DNA from: a virus
Taxonomy: Duplodnaviria > Caudoviricetes
DNA length: 59,733 nucleotides
IMG/VR virus record: IMGVR_UViG_3300043444_000048
Location: 1 to 59,733 of that record
Reading direction: 5' to 3' (one strand)
The notes beneath the pieces are model-generated. The model did no database searches, was not told the origin of the DNA, and saw only the letters and a list, made by a program, of their open reading frames with translations. The translations under genes and the position numbers were made by a program. Positions 16,157-25,763 of this stretch are shown one piece after another (the stretch's first letter is position 1; each line of letters starts with the position of its first letter).

Positions 16157-17764
16157 ATGAGAATATTTGGATTTGGTGGTAAGTTCCTGGGTGGCAAGTT
16201 TGAAGATGATTTTAATCGTCCAAATACTACCACTGGATTGGGTGTCTCAAGCAGCGGTACAGCTTGGGAAACTGTTAGTGGAACTATTAACGTAGAAAAC
16301 GGTAAAGCTGTATCCACTCCACCATCAACTCCATCTACAGGAAGCTCATACCCTATGTCAGTTATTGAGGCACAGGATGAGAATGCTATAATTACGCTAT
16401 CTGACACTAATGAAGGATCCTCTGTTGCTCTTTGGGTTCAGTCAAGCCAAGACTGGTGGATGGTATCAGTAGACTCTACCTTTAACACCATTCCAGGTGC
16501 AGTTAACTATACATCTGGAACACCTCTAGTGTATACCTCTAGCGGACCAACGTATACAAAGGGTGCTACCACCTATACCGATGCCTTGGGAACATATACA
16601 TCAAACACTCCATATACTCAGGGTACAACAACTTATACATCTGGAACAACTGGATATACAGCTGGATCAACACTATACTCTGTTGGTGGCACCTCATATA
16701 CTTCTGGACCAGCAAACTATACTGCGTCAACAGTTTATAGCTCATACACGCCATACACTGCATCTACGGCCTATACAACTGCTGGCGGTGGGGTTTACTC
16801 ATTTGCGAACTACTCGTTTGATGATACATACTACACTCAGGGACCAACCCTTTATGGTGCAGCAACAAACTACACGATGAACCAGCCATATACTTCTAGC
16901 AGAAGCTACACATCTTCTAGAAGCTATACTTCAGGTAGCTCATTTACAAAGTCTACGGCATACACCATGAAGTTTGCACCATATGCCTGGACAGCTGGTC
17001 CATCTACCTATACAAAGTCTACCAACTATACTGCATCAGCAATTTCCTATACGGCATCCGCTGCAAACTATACTGGCGGAACTGCAAACTTTACATCTAC
17101 TACAAATTATATTAATTTTGGAACAGCATATTCTAGTCAAAATGTTTATATTTTATGGCAAAGCGGTACCTACACAGAGCCTACAACCTACACTCAAGGA
17201 CCAACCAACTACTATGCTGGTAGCTCATACGTAATTTCAGGACCAACAACGTATACGCAGAATGGACCGTTTTACACCTCTAACACTCCGTACACCACCG
17301 TAGTGCCTTACACTTCAAACACCCCATATACATCAAACACACCTTATAGCAGTGTTAATAACTATACAAGTAGCGTGGTGTATACAAGTGCTGACAACTA
17401 TACTGCAAATATTGCATACACCTCTAACCACACATATACTAAGGGTCAGGATCCAGATACATATGCCTATGCAGCATATCTTAAGATTAAAAAGTCTGTC
17501 AATAATGTTGTTACGACGGTTAGCTCTTCACTTGTATCAACCGTGTCTACCATCAAGTCTATAATTGTTCAAACATCTGGCAATCAAATTACTGCAAAAG
17601 GCTTTTCTGACGACAATTTTGTTGCCCAAATAGGAAATGATTTGGTTTATACTGCAACTGGTGCTATTGTAGTAGCAAAATATGGAATTTCTCTATCTAA
17701 TGCAGAATACGATCAAAGTGCTATAATAGGTACTGAAATTGTTATAGATAAAAACAATGCATAG
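16157..17764 (+). CDS. Putative fibre-tip adhesin, beta-sandwich domain interrupted by Tyr-Thr repeats
   Basis: Start reassigned to ATG 16157, just after the upstream stop. FEDDFNRPN lectin-like N-terminal half, ~320 aa repeat insert, globular C-terminal half. Confidence 0.7.
   Translation: MRIFGFGGKFLGGKFEDDFNRPNTTTGLGVSSSGTAWETVSGTINVENGKAVSTPPSTPSTGSSYPMSVIEAQDENAIITLSDTNEGSSVALWVQSSQDWWMVSVDSTFNTIPGAVNYTSGTPLVYTSSGPTYTKGATTYTDALGTYTSNTPYTQGTTTYTSGTTGYTAGSTLYSVGGTSYTSGPANYTASTVYSSYTPYTASTAYTTAGGGVYSFANYSFDDTYYTQGPTLYGAATNYTMNQPYTSSRSYTSSRSYTSGSSFTKSTAYTMKFAPYAWTAGPSTYTKSTNYTASAISYTASAANYTGGTANFTSTTNYINFGTAYSSQNVYILWQSGTYTEPTTYTQGPTNYYAGSSYVISGPTTYTQNGPFYTSNTPYTTVVPYTSNTPYTSNTPYSSVNNYTSSVVYTSADNYTANIAYTSNHTYTKGQDPDTYAYAAYLKIKKSVNNVVTTVSSSLVSTVSTIKSIIVQTSGNQITAKGFSDDNFVAQIGNDLVYTATGAIVVAKYGISLSNAEYDQSAIIGTEIVIDKNNA
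16508..17460 (+). repeat. 48 degenerate Y-T-x(4-5) peptide repeats
   Basis: Units such as YTSGPAN, YTSNTP, YTSSRS; 24 units on each side of a central MKFAPYA. Confidence 0.85.
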
Positions 17765-17778
17765 CAGATAGGATTAAT

Positions 17779-18468
17779 GTGAAAATAATTAGATTTTTTT
17801 CAAAAAAAATTTATGATGGTCTAGGCCAGCCGACAACGGCAAAAAAGCATCTTCCTCAATGGTATAAAGACTCAGAATCGACCTTTATAACTGATGAAGG
17901 CTCTGACCACCCTGGGCTGAAGAAGTGTATTCCATTTCTGGACTCTATGCTTTCTGGATATATGCTAGTTACTCCAGTAGATGTTTTTATATCTCATAAC
18001 GAAGACGGAACTCCAAATATTAGGTGGAACTCATCAGAATTTTTTATAGATTTTATTTCAGAGCGAACAAAGCTTCTAGGCGAAAAAATGCCAAGACCAG
18101 CAGGACATTTTCCAAATCACTTAGCATTTAGGGGTACTTGGGGATTTCGATTGCCAAGAGGTTGGAGTGTGCTAGTAACCCAGCCATTTAATAGACATGA
18201 TTTGCCATGGACGTTGACTTCTGGAATAATGGACGCTGATCAGTTTTCTACTAGCGGTAATCTTCCATTTTTCCTTAGAAAAGACTTCGTCGGCATGATT
18301 CCAGCAGGAACCCCTATTGCACAGCTAATCCCAATAAAACGTGCATCGTGGAAGGCAATCTATAATGATCAAGGAATTGCGTATCTGGATGATTTGCAGA
18401 CTGCAGCGGTAAGAAGTCCTGGGAAAAGTTATAAGAAACTGTTCTGGCAAAGAAAGGACTATACATAG
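17779..18468 (+). CDS. Conserved phage protein of unknown function, 'KKCxPFLD' type (paralog 1)
   Basis: PQWYK...KKCIPFLDSMLSGY...QPFNR.DLP...SGIMDAD...IPAGTPIAQLIP; clearly paralogous to 18895-19545. Confidence 0.75.
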   Translation: MKIIRFFSKKIYDGLGQPTTAKKHLPQWYKDSESTFITDEGSDHPGLKKCIPFLDSMLSGYMLVTPVDVFISHNEDGTPNIRWNSSEFFIDFISERTKLLGEKMPRPAGHFPNHLAFRGTWGFRLPRGWSVLVTQPFNRHDLPWTLTSGIMDADQFSTSGNLPFFLRKDFVGMIPAGTPIAQLIPIKRASWKAIYNDQGIAYLDDLQTAAVRSPGKSYKKLFWQRKDYT

Positions 18469-18908
18469 TGCTATTTAAAAAAAAGAAGAATCAAGAGGTC
18501 TATGGAGATTTCTTGTACGAGTACAGACCAACAGTATCTTCGTTGCTGAAGCAATATCTAGAAACTAAGATCGCAAAAGAGAGGCTCGTAAAAGAGTCGC
18601 CTAAGCGAGAGGGTGCTGTTTTTAGACCACATGAAGATATCCTGAAGTCCTTACCACTAAAGTATATTGCTGTTGTTAAAGATAACACTGTAGTTGAAAT
18701 GATTCGTGTTAATGAACAGACCGCAGATATCTTGCTTGATCCATTAGTTAGTCTCGTTGGTTTTAATCCAGAAGAGGTTGTCGTCCAGATAGGCATGATC
18801 TGTGTAGATGGAAACTTTGTTTTCCGTGCAGATATTCCAGAAGAGAACTCAGATTTTATTAACTCAGACACTACATTTGACGAGGAGATTTCTGATGAAA
18901 AAGATTAA
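18468..18908 (+). CDS. Hypothetical protein, possible fibre assembly factor
   Basis: YIAVVKDNTVVEMI...VQIGMICVDGNFV resembles small proteins found next to fibre genes; overlaps both neighbours. Confidence 0.55.
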   Translation: MLFKKKKNQEVYGDFLYEYRPTVSSLLKQYLETKIAKERLVKESPKREGAVFRPHEDILKSLPLKYIAVVKDNTVVEMIRVNEQTADILLDPLVSLVGFNPEEVVVQIGMICVDGNFVFRADIPEENSDFINSDTTFDEEISDEKD

Positions 18909-19545
18909 GTTTAGATCAAAGCACCCAGAAATTGATTACGATACTCCAAAACCAGCATCAAAGATTGTCCCAGAGTGGTTTAGAAAGTTTGAAGGGGTAG
19001 TTGGTGGTCAAGAAACCATCAAGAAGTGCGTACCATTCTTAGATGCAATGACTGCTGGATACGTAATAACTTTAGCGTCAGACATATATGTTGACAAAAA
19101 CGGTATTCAGGACCTATCTAAACACAAGGTGGTCACTAATCACTTGATTGAGCAGATTGGTGAGATGAAGGTGCCATATGAGTTTATAAGAACGCCATTT
19201 AAGTGGATGAACTTTTTTTTGGCTAAGACCCCAAGAGGCTACAGTACAATGTTTGTGCATCCGCTAAATAGACCAGACTTGCCATTCTATACTCTGAGTG
19301 GTGTTGTAGATACCGATAAGTTTCCATTAGAAGTTAACTTCCCATTCTTTTTGAGAAAAGATTTTGTTGGAATTATTCCTGCAGGAACACCAATTGCTCA
19401 GGCAATTCCATTCAAGAGAGAAGACTGGTCTATGGAGCTTGACACAACGACTCCGTATCAGGAGCCAACCTTCACCCACACTATGCATAATCCTCCATTT
19501 GGATACTACAAGAGACACTTCTGGTCTAGAAAAAGATACTCATAA
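18895..19545 (+). CDS. Conserved phage protein of unknown function, 'KKCxPFLD' type (paralog 2)
   Basis: Start reassigned to ATG 18895 (SD GAGGAG; aligns with paralog 1). KKCVPFLDAMTAGY, HPLNRPDLPF, SGVVDTD, IPAGTPIAQAIP. Confidence 0.8.
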   Translation: MKKIKFRSKHPEIDYDTPKPASKIVPEWFRKFEGVVGGQETIKKCVPFLDAMTAGYVITLASDIYVDKNGIQDLSKHKVVTNHLIEQIGEMKVPYEFIRTPFKWMNFFLAKTPRGYSTMFVHPLNRPDLPFYTLSGVVDTDKFPLEVNFPFFLRKDFVGIIPAGTPIAQAIPFKREDWSMELDTTTPYQEPTFTHTMHNPPFGYYKRHFWSRKRYS

Positions 19546-19568
19546 TCAAAGTGTGATAAACTAGTTAC

Positions 19569-20528
19569 ATGTCTGTCGAAAGAATCCAACTTAGAAGAGG
19601 TACTACTTCTGCATGGTCAGCAGCAAACCCCATTCTATACTTGGGCGAGTTTGGCGTAGAGAAAACAGTTTCAGACCAGGTCTTGCTAAAAATTGGTGAT
19701 GGAGAAACCTCTTGGAATTCTCTTCCATATATTACTGCAGAAATTGACCTATCTGCCTACTACACTTCATCACAGACAGATCAAAAAATTGCATCAGACA
19801 TTGGTGCAGCGTCTGCAGTAATCTTGGGTCAGCTTGCTGGAAAGTCTGACGTATCCCACAACCACGCTTTATCTAGTCTAACTGATGTAGAGGTAGACGG
19901 AGTAACTCTTGGACAATATCTTAAGTTTGATGGAACAGAGTGGGTTCCTGGCACCGTTTCTACGCCAACCACTTTTGACTACAATGATCTCGTCAATGTG
20001 CCAACATCTTTTGAGCCATCAGAGCACACTCATGCAATTTCTGAGGTAGTAAATTTACAGACTACCCTAGATGGAAAAGCTAGCTCATCACATACGCACC
20101 AGATTTCAGATACAACTGGTCTACAGTCTGCCCTAGACTCAAAAGCGTTATCGTCACACACTCATACACTTTCAAATATATCTGATATTGCAAATTTAAC
20201 AGTTAGCTCGTCTCAGGTGACTACATCAATTTCGGATGTTTCCTCAAATTATTCAACTCAGGCCTCAGATAATGGCAAGCTAATCAACTCTACTGCAAGC
20301 TCTGCTGTAACAATTACCATAAGCAACAGCATGTCTGCAGGACAAAGCCTTGCAATTTTTCAGTCTGGAGCAGGCATTGTAACCATTGCCCCTGGCTCTG
20401 GCGTAACCTTGCAGGGTGCTGGAGTATCTGGAACATCTCTAGCGATTAATGATAGGTATTCTAGTGCCACAGTCTTCTGTTTATCATCTGGCACTTACGC
20501 TGTAATTGGCAATGTTTCTGGGGTATAG
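19569..20528 (+). CDS. Second, shorter Mtd-N-type fibre
   Basis: IQLRRGT..AW...NPIL..GEFG...KIGDG, HTH repeats, and the same C-terminal domain as 13458-16154. Confidence 0.8.
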   Translation: MSVERIQLRRGTTSAWSAANPILYLGEFGVEKTVSDQVLLKIGDGETSWNSLPYITAEIDLSAYYTSSQTDQKIASDIGAASAVILGQLAGKSDVSHNHALSSLTDVEVDGVTLGQYLKFDGTEWVPGTVSTPTTFDYNDLVNVPTSFEPSEHTHAISEVVNLQTTLDGKASSSHTHQISDTTGLQSALDSKALSSHTHTLSNISDIANLTVSSSQVTTSISDVSSNYSTQASDNGKLINSTASSAVTITISNSMSAGQSLAIFQSGAGIVTIAPGSGVTLQGAGVSGTSLAINDRYSSATVFCLSSGTYAVIGNVSGV

Positions 20529-20530
20529 CT

Positions 20531-21799
20531 ATGATAAACGGAATGCTATTTTCTGGAGCATCATCCTCTATAGCTAAAAGGAATGGCTGGATTATTAAGT
20601 ATTCTGGCGGATCTGTTTTTGATGGCACCTTGGTGCAAATACCCTCAGATTCAGAGCATGCGTACCTGATAACAAGAAATATAGAGATCAGAAAAATCAA
20701 GCTGTCTACTGGTATTGTTGTAGACAATTACCAATACTCACCGACACTTTCATCTCTTCATGAAGCTGTTGCAGATTCTTCGTCAAACATGTATATAACT
20801 GGAAGCTCTGGCAACTCTGTTTATGTATTAAAAATAAACTCAAGCATGCAGCTAGTCTGGCAAAAAACCATATCCAATAACAACATATCATTTGGAGAGG
20901 GTGCAATTAGGGTAGATTCTAGCGGTAACGTTTATGTAACAAACTACGAAAAGACCACGGGTTCCCTTATGACTATTCTTTCTAAGTTTGATTCAAACGG
21001 AAATCCTTTATGGCATAGACAGCTTGGCAACGGGTCTTCTGACGTATCTATCCAGCCATTAGCATTAGACAGCTCAAGTAACGTGTATGTGGCTGGATAC
21101 TTTGTTTCTGGGTCAAGTGCTGCTGCTGCTGTTATGAAGTTTGATACTAATGGCAACCACCAATGGACTACTTCTCTAGACAATTCTTCAGTTTGGGATG
21201 CATTCTTGAATGAGGTGCAGGTTGATTCTTCTGGAAACGTTTACGCCCTAGGATTCTCTGACAATGGTGGAAGGCGTTCTTTTATTGTTAAGCTGAACTC
21301 TTCTGGCTCTGTGCAATGGCAAAAAACTATTGGTGCAGGTGTAGGAGAGTGGATTGGTCCAGGGTCAATGGTTATGGATGGCACTACGCTGTACTTTAAT
21401 ATGTTTGGCCCAGTGGTAGAAAGCAATAATGTTATTAGCATTGTGGCACTTAATCTATCTGGAGTAAAGCAGTTTGAAAGACAGTTTAGATATTATGGTC
21501 AAAACCTTTATAGCCAAAAAATTTCTATAATTGGTAATCATATTTATGTTCCAGGGTATAGTCCATTTGGTTTTGCATTTAAGGTTCCCAAGGATGGCTC
21601 TAAAACTGGAACGTATAATTCATTTGGTAACGTTGTAACTTATACAAACTCTGCAACCCAACTTGTAGAGCAGAACACTACATATTCAGTATCCTCTGGA
21701 GGTATAAGCGTATCTTCAACGTCAAGAACAGTTGCTACCGCATCTGGGTCAGTAGTTCAGCAACCTGGCCTAACCAGTGCTATTGTGAGAAGATTCTAG
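20531..21799 (+). CDS. Beta-propeller repeat protein, putative fibre-tip adhesin
   Basis: Repeated DSSGNVYV.G...K(F/L)(D/N)..G...W blades (SBBP-like). Confidence 0.8.
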   Translation: MINGMLFSGASSSIAKRNGWIIKYSGGSVFDGTLVQIPSDSEHAYLITRNIEIRKIKLSTGIVVDNYQYSPTLSSLHEAVADSSSNMYITGSSGNSVYVLKINSSMQLVWQKTISNNNISFGEGAIRVDSSGNVYVTNYEKTTGSLMTILSKFDSNGNPLWHRQLGNGSSDVSIQPLALDSSSNVYVAGYFVSGSSAAAAVMKFDTNGNHQWTTSLDNSSVWDAFLNEVQVDSSGNVYALGFSDNGGRRSFIVKLNSSGSVQWQKTIGAGVGEWIGPGSMVMDGTTLYFNMFGPVVESNNVISIVALNLSGVKQFERQFRYYGQNLYSQKISIIGNHIYVPGYSPFGFAFKVPKDGSKTGTYNSFGNVVTYTNSATQLVEQNTTYSVSSGGISVSSTSRTVATASGSVVQQPGLTSAIVRRF

Positions 21800-21824
21800 A
21801 CTTCGTATATGGTAAAATACTTGT

Positions 21825-24800
21825 ATGTCAATCCTATCTAACTTGTATGCCGAAAGAGTTTTTTCAGAACAGCCAACCGCTCTTTGGGCACTAGATGATG
21901 ACGCAGACTTCATATCTCTGATTCCACCAGAGCTACGCTCAATGGATGGTTGGCACCTAACCAACGCATCAAAGTCACAGTCTTCAGATCTAATTAAGCA
22001 AATAAAGAAATCTCCTTTAATTAAATTTGAAACTACAAACTCTTTAGGCTTTACAGCAAAAAGTCCTGCAGTATTTAATGCACAGGATTTAGTGGAAGAA
22101 AAGGGGTCGTTTAGCATAGGCACCTATTTTTATTCCAATACAGATGAAATATCTGAGGTAAAAATTGGGTATGAGTATGCTAACGGAACACCAGGTGAAG
22201 TTACTACCTATGCTGTTACTACAAGTGGAGCCTGGGTGTTTTTATCAAACACTTATGCACTACCATCTCCAGAAGTAGATATAAAATTAACGCTTGAAGT
22301 AGTTACATCAACTGCTGGCTCTTACTCTTTTTATGTTAACGGATTTTCTGTAGGCCAGTGGTCGGAAAAATTTCACACGGTTTCTGATGGAATTGACTTA
22401 ATTGATTTACCAGAAAATATAAACATTGAAAATACAAAATGCTATCCTGCTTATGCTTACGGGTTTTCTGATAAAACTGGATACTATCTAGCTACAGGCA
22501 ATAATCTTTCAGCCTATAACGACGGCTTTCCGATGGTGTTTGGTGCATCAGGTGTTACTAGGATTGTTGGTAACCAAGGCAAGCCATCTTTGATTATTCC
22601 AGGAGGAGGCTTCCTTCATGATTTGGGTAGGTATCAGGACCTCACCCTGGAGTTTTGGCTAAGAGTCCTTAATATGTCTGTATCTCCTCAAAAAATTGTT
22701 GGACCCGTATTCTCTGAAGACGGTCTGTATGTAGATGGTCAGTTTTTAGTTCTTAAAATAGATAGGAATGTTCAGTCTTATTTTGTTGGTGAGTGGGAGA
22801 GACCAATGCTAATAGATTTTAGAGTATCTCCCAACACGTCAAGCGTAATGATCAATGGTGAAATTGTAATTAGCATGGATATTGATACAAAAGCTGTTCC
22901 AATGCCAGATGCTGTAGATAATGACTGGATAGGCTTTTACGGATTTACTGACAAGGTCTCTTTAGATATTGACTGTGTAGCATTATATTCATACCAGGTT
23001 CCATCAGTTGTTGCAAAAAGAAGATTTGTTTATGGTCAGGGTGTTGATGTTCCAGAAACTATAAATGGGTCGCTTGTCGGATCTGGTGTTACTATAGACT
23101 ACCCAGTTGCAGGGTATGCAAATAACTATATTTACCCAGACATGGGAAGATGGAGTCAAGGCATTTTCGACAATTTATCAACGGACGGCAGCTCCTTGTC
23201 TAGTCCAAAGTATGATTTGCCACTCTTTGTTTTTAAGAATAAGGATATCTCTTTAGACCAGTGGCTAGACCTATGCTATGACCAAGAAGGAAGTGAGGAC
23301 TTCTCATCGATAGACATGTCGCTAGCCGATACTGCTGATAAGTCTGGTGGGTATATTCTATTTGATAAGTTCAATATCTCTGGACAAGACACAAAAGCAG
23401 CCTATGGTATTTTTAAAACAAAAGATACTTCAGATAGACTGCTCTTTAAGCTGTTTAATAAAACTAACCAGGCAAGCCTTACTCTTTCAATAATTGATAG
23501 CAAGGCTGTTTACAGGTTTGAGTACCCAAACATGGAATCTTTAGAGGTTGAGTCTTCTCAATCAATTCCGATAAACTCTATATTCTTGGCAGGCTTTGAT
23601 GTAGACAAGATGGTTGCACATTTTGGTGGCATTGTGTCCAGGGTATTCTCTGACCCAAAGAAACTATCTCTATATGTAGCAGGAGACGAATCATTCTTAA
23701 ATACCTTTAACGGTAAGATATATAAGGTTGGGTTAGCTATTAAGTCTAATCTGCCAGAGATTGCAGACTGGTCATCTGAAGATGGAATTATGCTGGTTCT
23801 TGGAGAGAATGTTCCATTACTAGATGGTGGAGAGCCACCAACAAACTATACAGTTCTGGCAAATGCAGGAGAGCCCGACTCTGACCTGCTATCTACAAGA
23901 AGCGGTGGGCTTCCCACCCTGGGCACAACTCTTGAGTTGATTAATTATATTGCAGGGTACACACTAACTCCAAGACTATATTTGGGCAAGTTCATCATAG
24001 ATGTTGCATCCAAGGGTTACTGGCAAGACTTTGTTTCTTTGTCGCACTTTGGAAAAAATATGCCTAACCTAGAAGGCGATGCAATTCCAACTCTCAGTTA
24101 CTTGCAGTTTAACATAGATGTACCTAGGATGGATATCTTAGATCCCCTAGAGCCATGGCATCTGGATACCTCAAGCTTGCCAGTAAAGACATACGTTTCG
24201 TTCCAGTATTTGGCCTCTGGTGCAAATAAACTACTCAAAAATTTTACAGCGGTTCAACGAGCTTTAGCGAACTCCCCAGTAGTTCCAGGAGATGGTTGGA
24301 TGAATACTGCATACGAGGTTGTCTCTGGATCAGTTATCTATCTTCCATCTGGAGTAGATTATAGGAACCTTGCCCTTGTGTACCATATCAAGGTAGAAAC
24401 AAAGTCAGTATTTTCTAATGCTGTAAAAATTAAGCGTATGGAGACCTGCTCTCAGGCAATTAGCATTCACGAGCCACTAAAAATCAATACTAAGTTTGGT
24501 GTTCAAATATCTCCATATATTAAGAGAGGTCTGTACCAAGACTATCTGGGCAAAAATCCAGTATGCATTTATAAGAGAAGTACGCCATACATCCACCTGA
24601 CCAAGCAAAGTGGCATAAAGATGCTAGATTATTTTATTGAAGAGGGGGCTGAAAAGGGCATTTCTATACCAATAAATTCAAATCGTGTAGCCCAGTATGC
24701 AGTCGGAGCTATTCAGACATTTATCAACTATCAGGCTAGTGGCTTTCCAGAGCTTGAGGTAAAGATGATGGAGATCAAGGCCTATAATAGATCAACCTCT

Positions 24801-25367
24801 ATCATGCTTGTATCTGATGTCATTGATAATACCAGAGGAAAAATATTTGCAATAGACTCAAAAACAGGTCTTCCTGATCAGTTTGTTAATTTCTATCTTA
24901 ACGGAAAGTTGGTAAAGTCACCATACATTAATGCTAAGCAGTGGGATGTTTTGGCTATTCAGTTTATCGATGGAATGAAATTCGACAGCTTCTCTGGCTC
25001 TATAAATTTGTGTTCAGAGCAGATGCTATTCAACAATATTTCTACCTACAGGCTGTCAGAGATTCAGACATCTGTAACCTCTATTTTTAGAACCTGGGCA
25101 CAGCTTGAGCAGATGATAGATAAGCCAGGGAATGAGTCTACATACTGGGGAGACTTCTTGTCTGCAACACCACCGCTTTCTTGGGAGAATATCCTGTTTA
25201 TTCCTACGGTTCGACGTTATTTGATAGACCCAAAAGCTATTTTTGAGTCATATTCTGGTACAAACAGGATATCTGTATCTGATGATTCTGTATTAATGTT
25301 TAAAAATTATAGGTACACAGCATATTCAGATGTCAGATGGCGTTCAAACATTGCTTCACCAGTTTAG
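21825..25367 (+). CDS. Large minor virion protein with LamG/concanavalin-like domains
   Basis: PTALWALDD N-terminus and DLTLEFWLR LamG-like strand; leaderless promoter. Confidence 0.65.
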   Translation: MSILSNLYAERVFSEQPTALWALDDDADFISLIPPELRSMDGWHLTNASKSQSSDLIKQIKKSPLIKFETTNSLGFTAKSPAVFNAQDLVEEKGSFSIGTYFYSNTDEISEVKIGYEYANGTPGEVTTYAVTTSGAWVFLSNTYALPSPEVDIKLTLEVVTSTAGSYSFYVNGFSVGQWSEKFHTVSDGIDLIDLPENINIENTKCYPAYAYGFSDKTGYYLATGNNLSAYNDGFPMVFGASGVTRIVGNQGKPSLIIPGGGFLHDLGRYQDLTLEFWLRVLNMSVSPQKIVGPVFSEDGLYVDGQFLVLKIDRNVQSYFVGEWERPMLIDFRVSPNTSSVMINGEIVISMDIDTKAVPMPDAVDNDWIGFYGFTDKVSLDIDCVALYSYQVPSVVAKRRFVYGQGVDVPETINGSLVGSGVTIDYPVAGYANNYIYPDMGRWSQGIFDNLSTDGSSLSSPKYDLPLFVFKNKDISLDQWLDLCYDQEGSEDFSSIDMSLADTADKSGGYILFDKFNISGQDTKAAYGIFKTKDTSDRLLFKLFNKTNQASLTLSIIDSKAVYRFEYPNMESLEVESSQSIPINSIFLAGFDVDKMVAHFGGIVSRVFSDPKKLSLYVAGDESFLNTFNGKIYKVGLAIKSNLPEIADWSSEDGIMLVLGENVPLLDGGEPPTNYTVLANAGEPDSDLLSTRSGGLPTLGTTLELINYIAGYTLTPRLYLGKFIIDVASKGYWQDFVSLSHFGKNMPNLEGDAIPTLSYLQFNIDVPRMDILDPLEPWHLDTSSLPVKTYVSFQYLASGANKLLKNFTAVQRALANSPVVPGDGWMNTAYEVVSGSVIYLPSGVDYRNLALVYHIKVETKSVFSNAVKIKRMETCSQAISIHEPLKINTKFGVQISPYIKRGLYQDYLGKNPVCIYKRSTPYIHLTKQSGIKMLDYFIEEGAEKGISIPINSNRVAQYAVGAIQTFINYQASGFPELEVKMMEIKAYNRSTSIMLVSDVIDNTRGKIFAIDSKTGLPDQFVNFYLNGKLVKSPYINAKQWDVLAIQFIDGMKFDSFSGSINLCSEQMLFNNISTYRLSEIQTSVTSIFRTWAQLEQMIDKPGNESTYWGDFLSATPPLSWENILFIPTVRRYLIDPKAIFESYSGTNRISVSDDSVLMFKNYRYTAYSDVRWRSNIASPV

Positions 25368-25385
25368 TATGGTATACTAATGGTT

Positions 25386-25763
25386 ATGAACAATGCAAAA
25401 CCAAGATTTCCTGGTCAAATTGGTGACACAAAGGTGCAAGTAATTAAAGAAGAGTTTTCTCTTTTTGGCACATACGTTTGGGTAAAGCCAAATGGTAAGC
25501 CCTTTACAGATGGTCAGGGGAATGCTCTTTCAATTGAGGGTATGAAAGATGATCACGCCAGGATTAAAGAGCTAGCAGACGCAGCTAAATATTGGGGTCA
25601 GCCAGAGGGTAGGGCCGTGTTCTATCCGAATATGCGTAAGATTTCGGATGAAGAGTATTCTGAACAAGTAGACAGAATGAACCAGGGTCTTATCCCCAGC
25701 ATGAATGACCTAGGTGCTGTAATTGCTGCAAAGAAAACACTAGAGCTTTATGGAGACGAGTAA
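25386..25763 (+). CDS. Conserved hypothetical protein upstream of portal
   Basis: Start reassigned to ATG 25386, 7 nt after TGG-TATACT; TAATG-coupled to the portal gene. Confidence 0.65.
   Translation: MNNAKPRFPGQIGDTKVQVIKEEFSLFGTYVWVKPNGKPFTDGQGNALSIEGMKDDHARIKELADAAKYWGQPEGRAVFYPNMRKISDEEYSEQVDRMNQGLIPSMNDLGAVIAAKKTLELYGDE

Noticed and set aside
16508-17460. CRISPR array or DNA-level tandem repeat
   Set aside because: The periodicity is at the peptide level with degenerate codons inside an open frame; there is no constant repeat with unique spacers.
13458-20528. Diversity-generating retroelement suggested by Mtd-N-like domains
   Set aside because: Only the N-terminal anchoring domain is present. 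I saw no reverse transcriptase and no template/variable repeat pair differing at adenines in the window.
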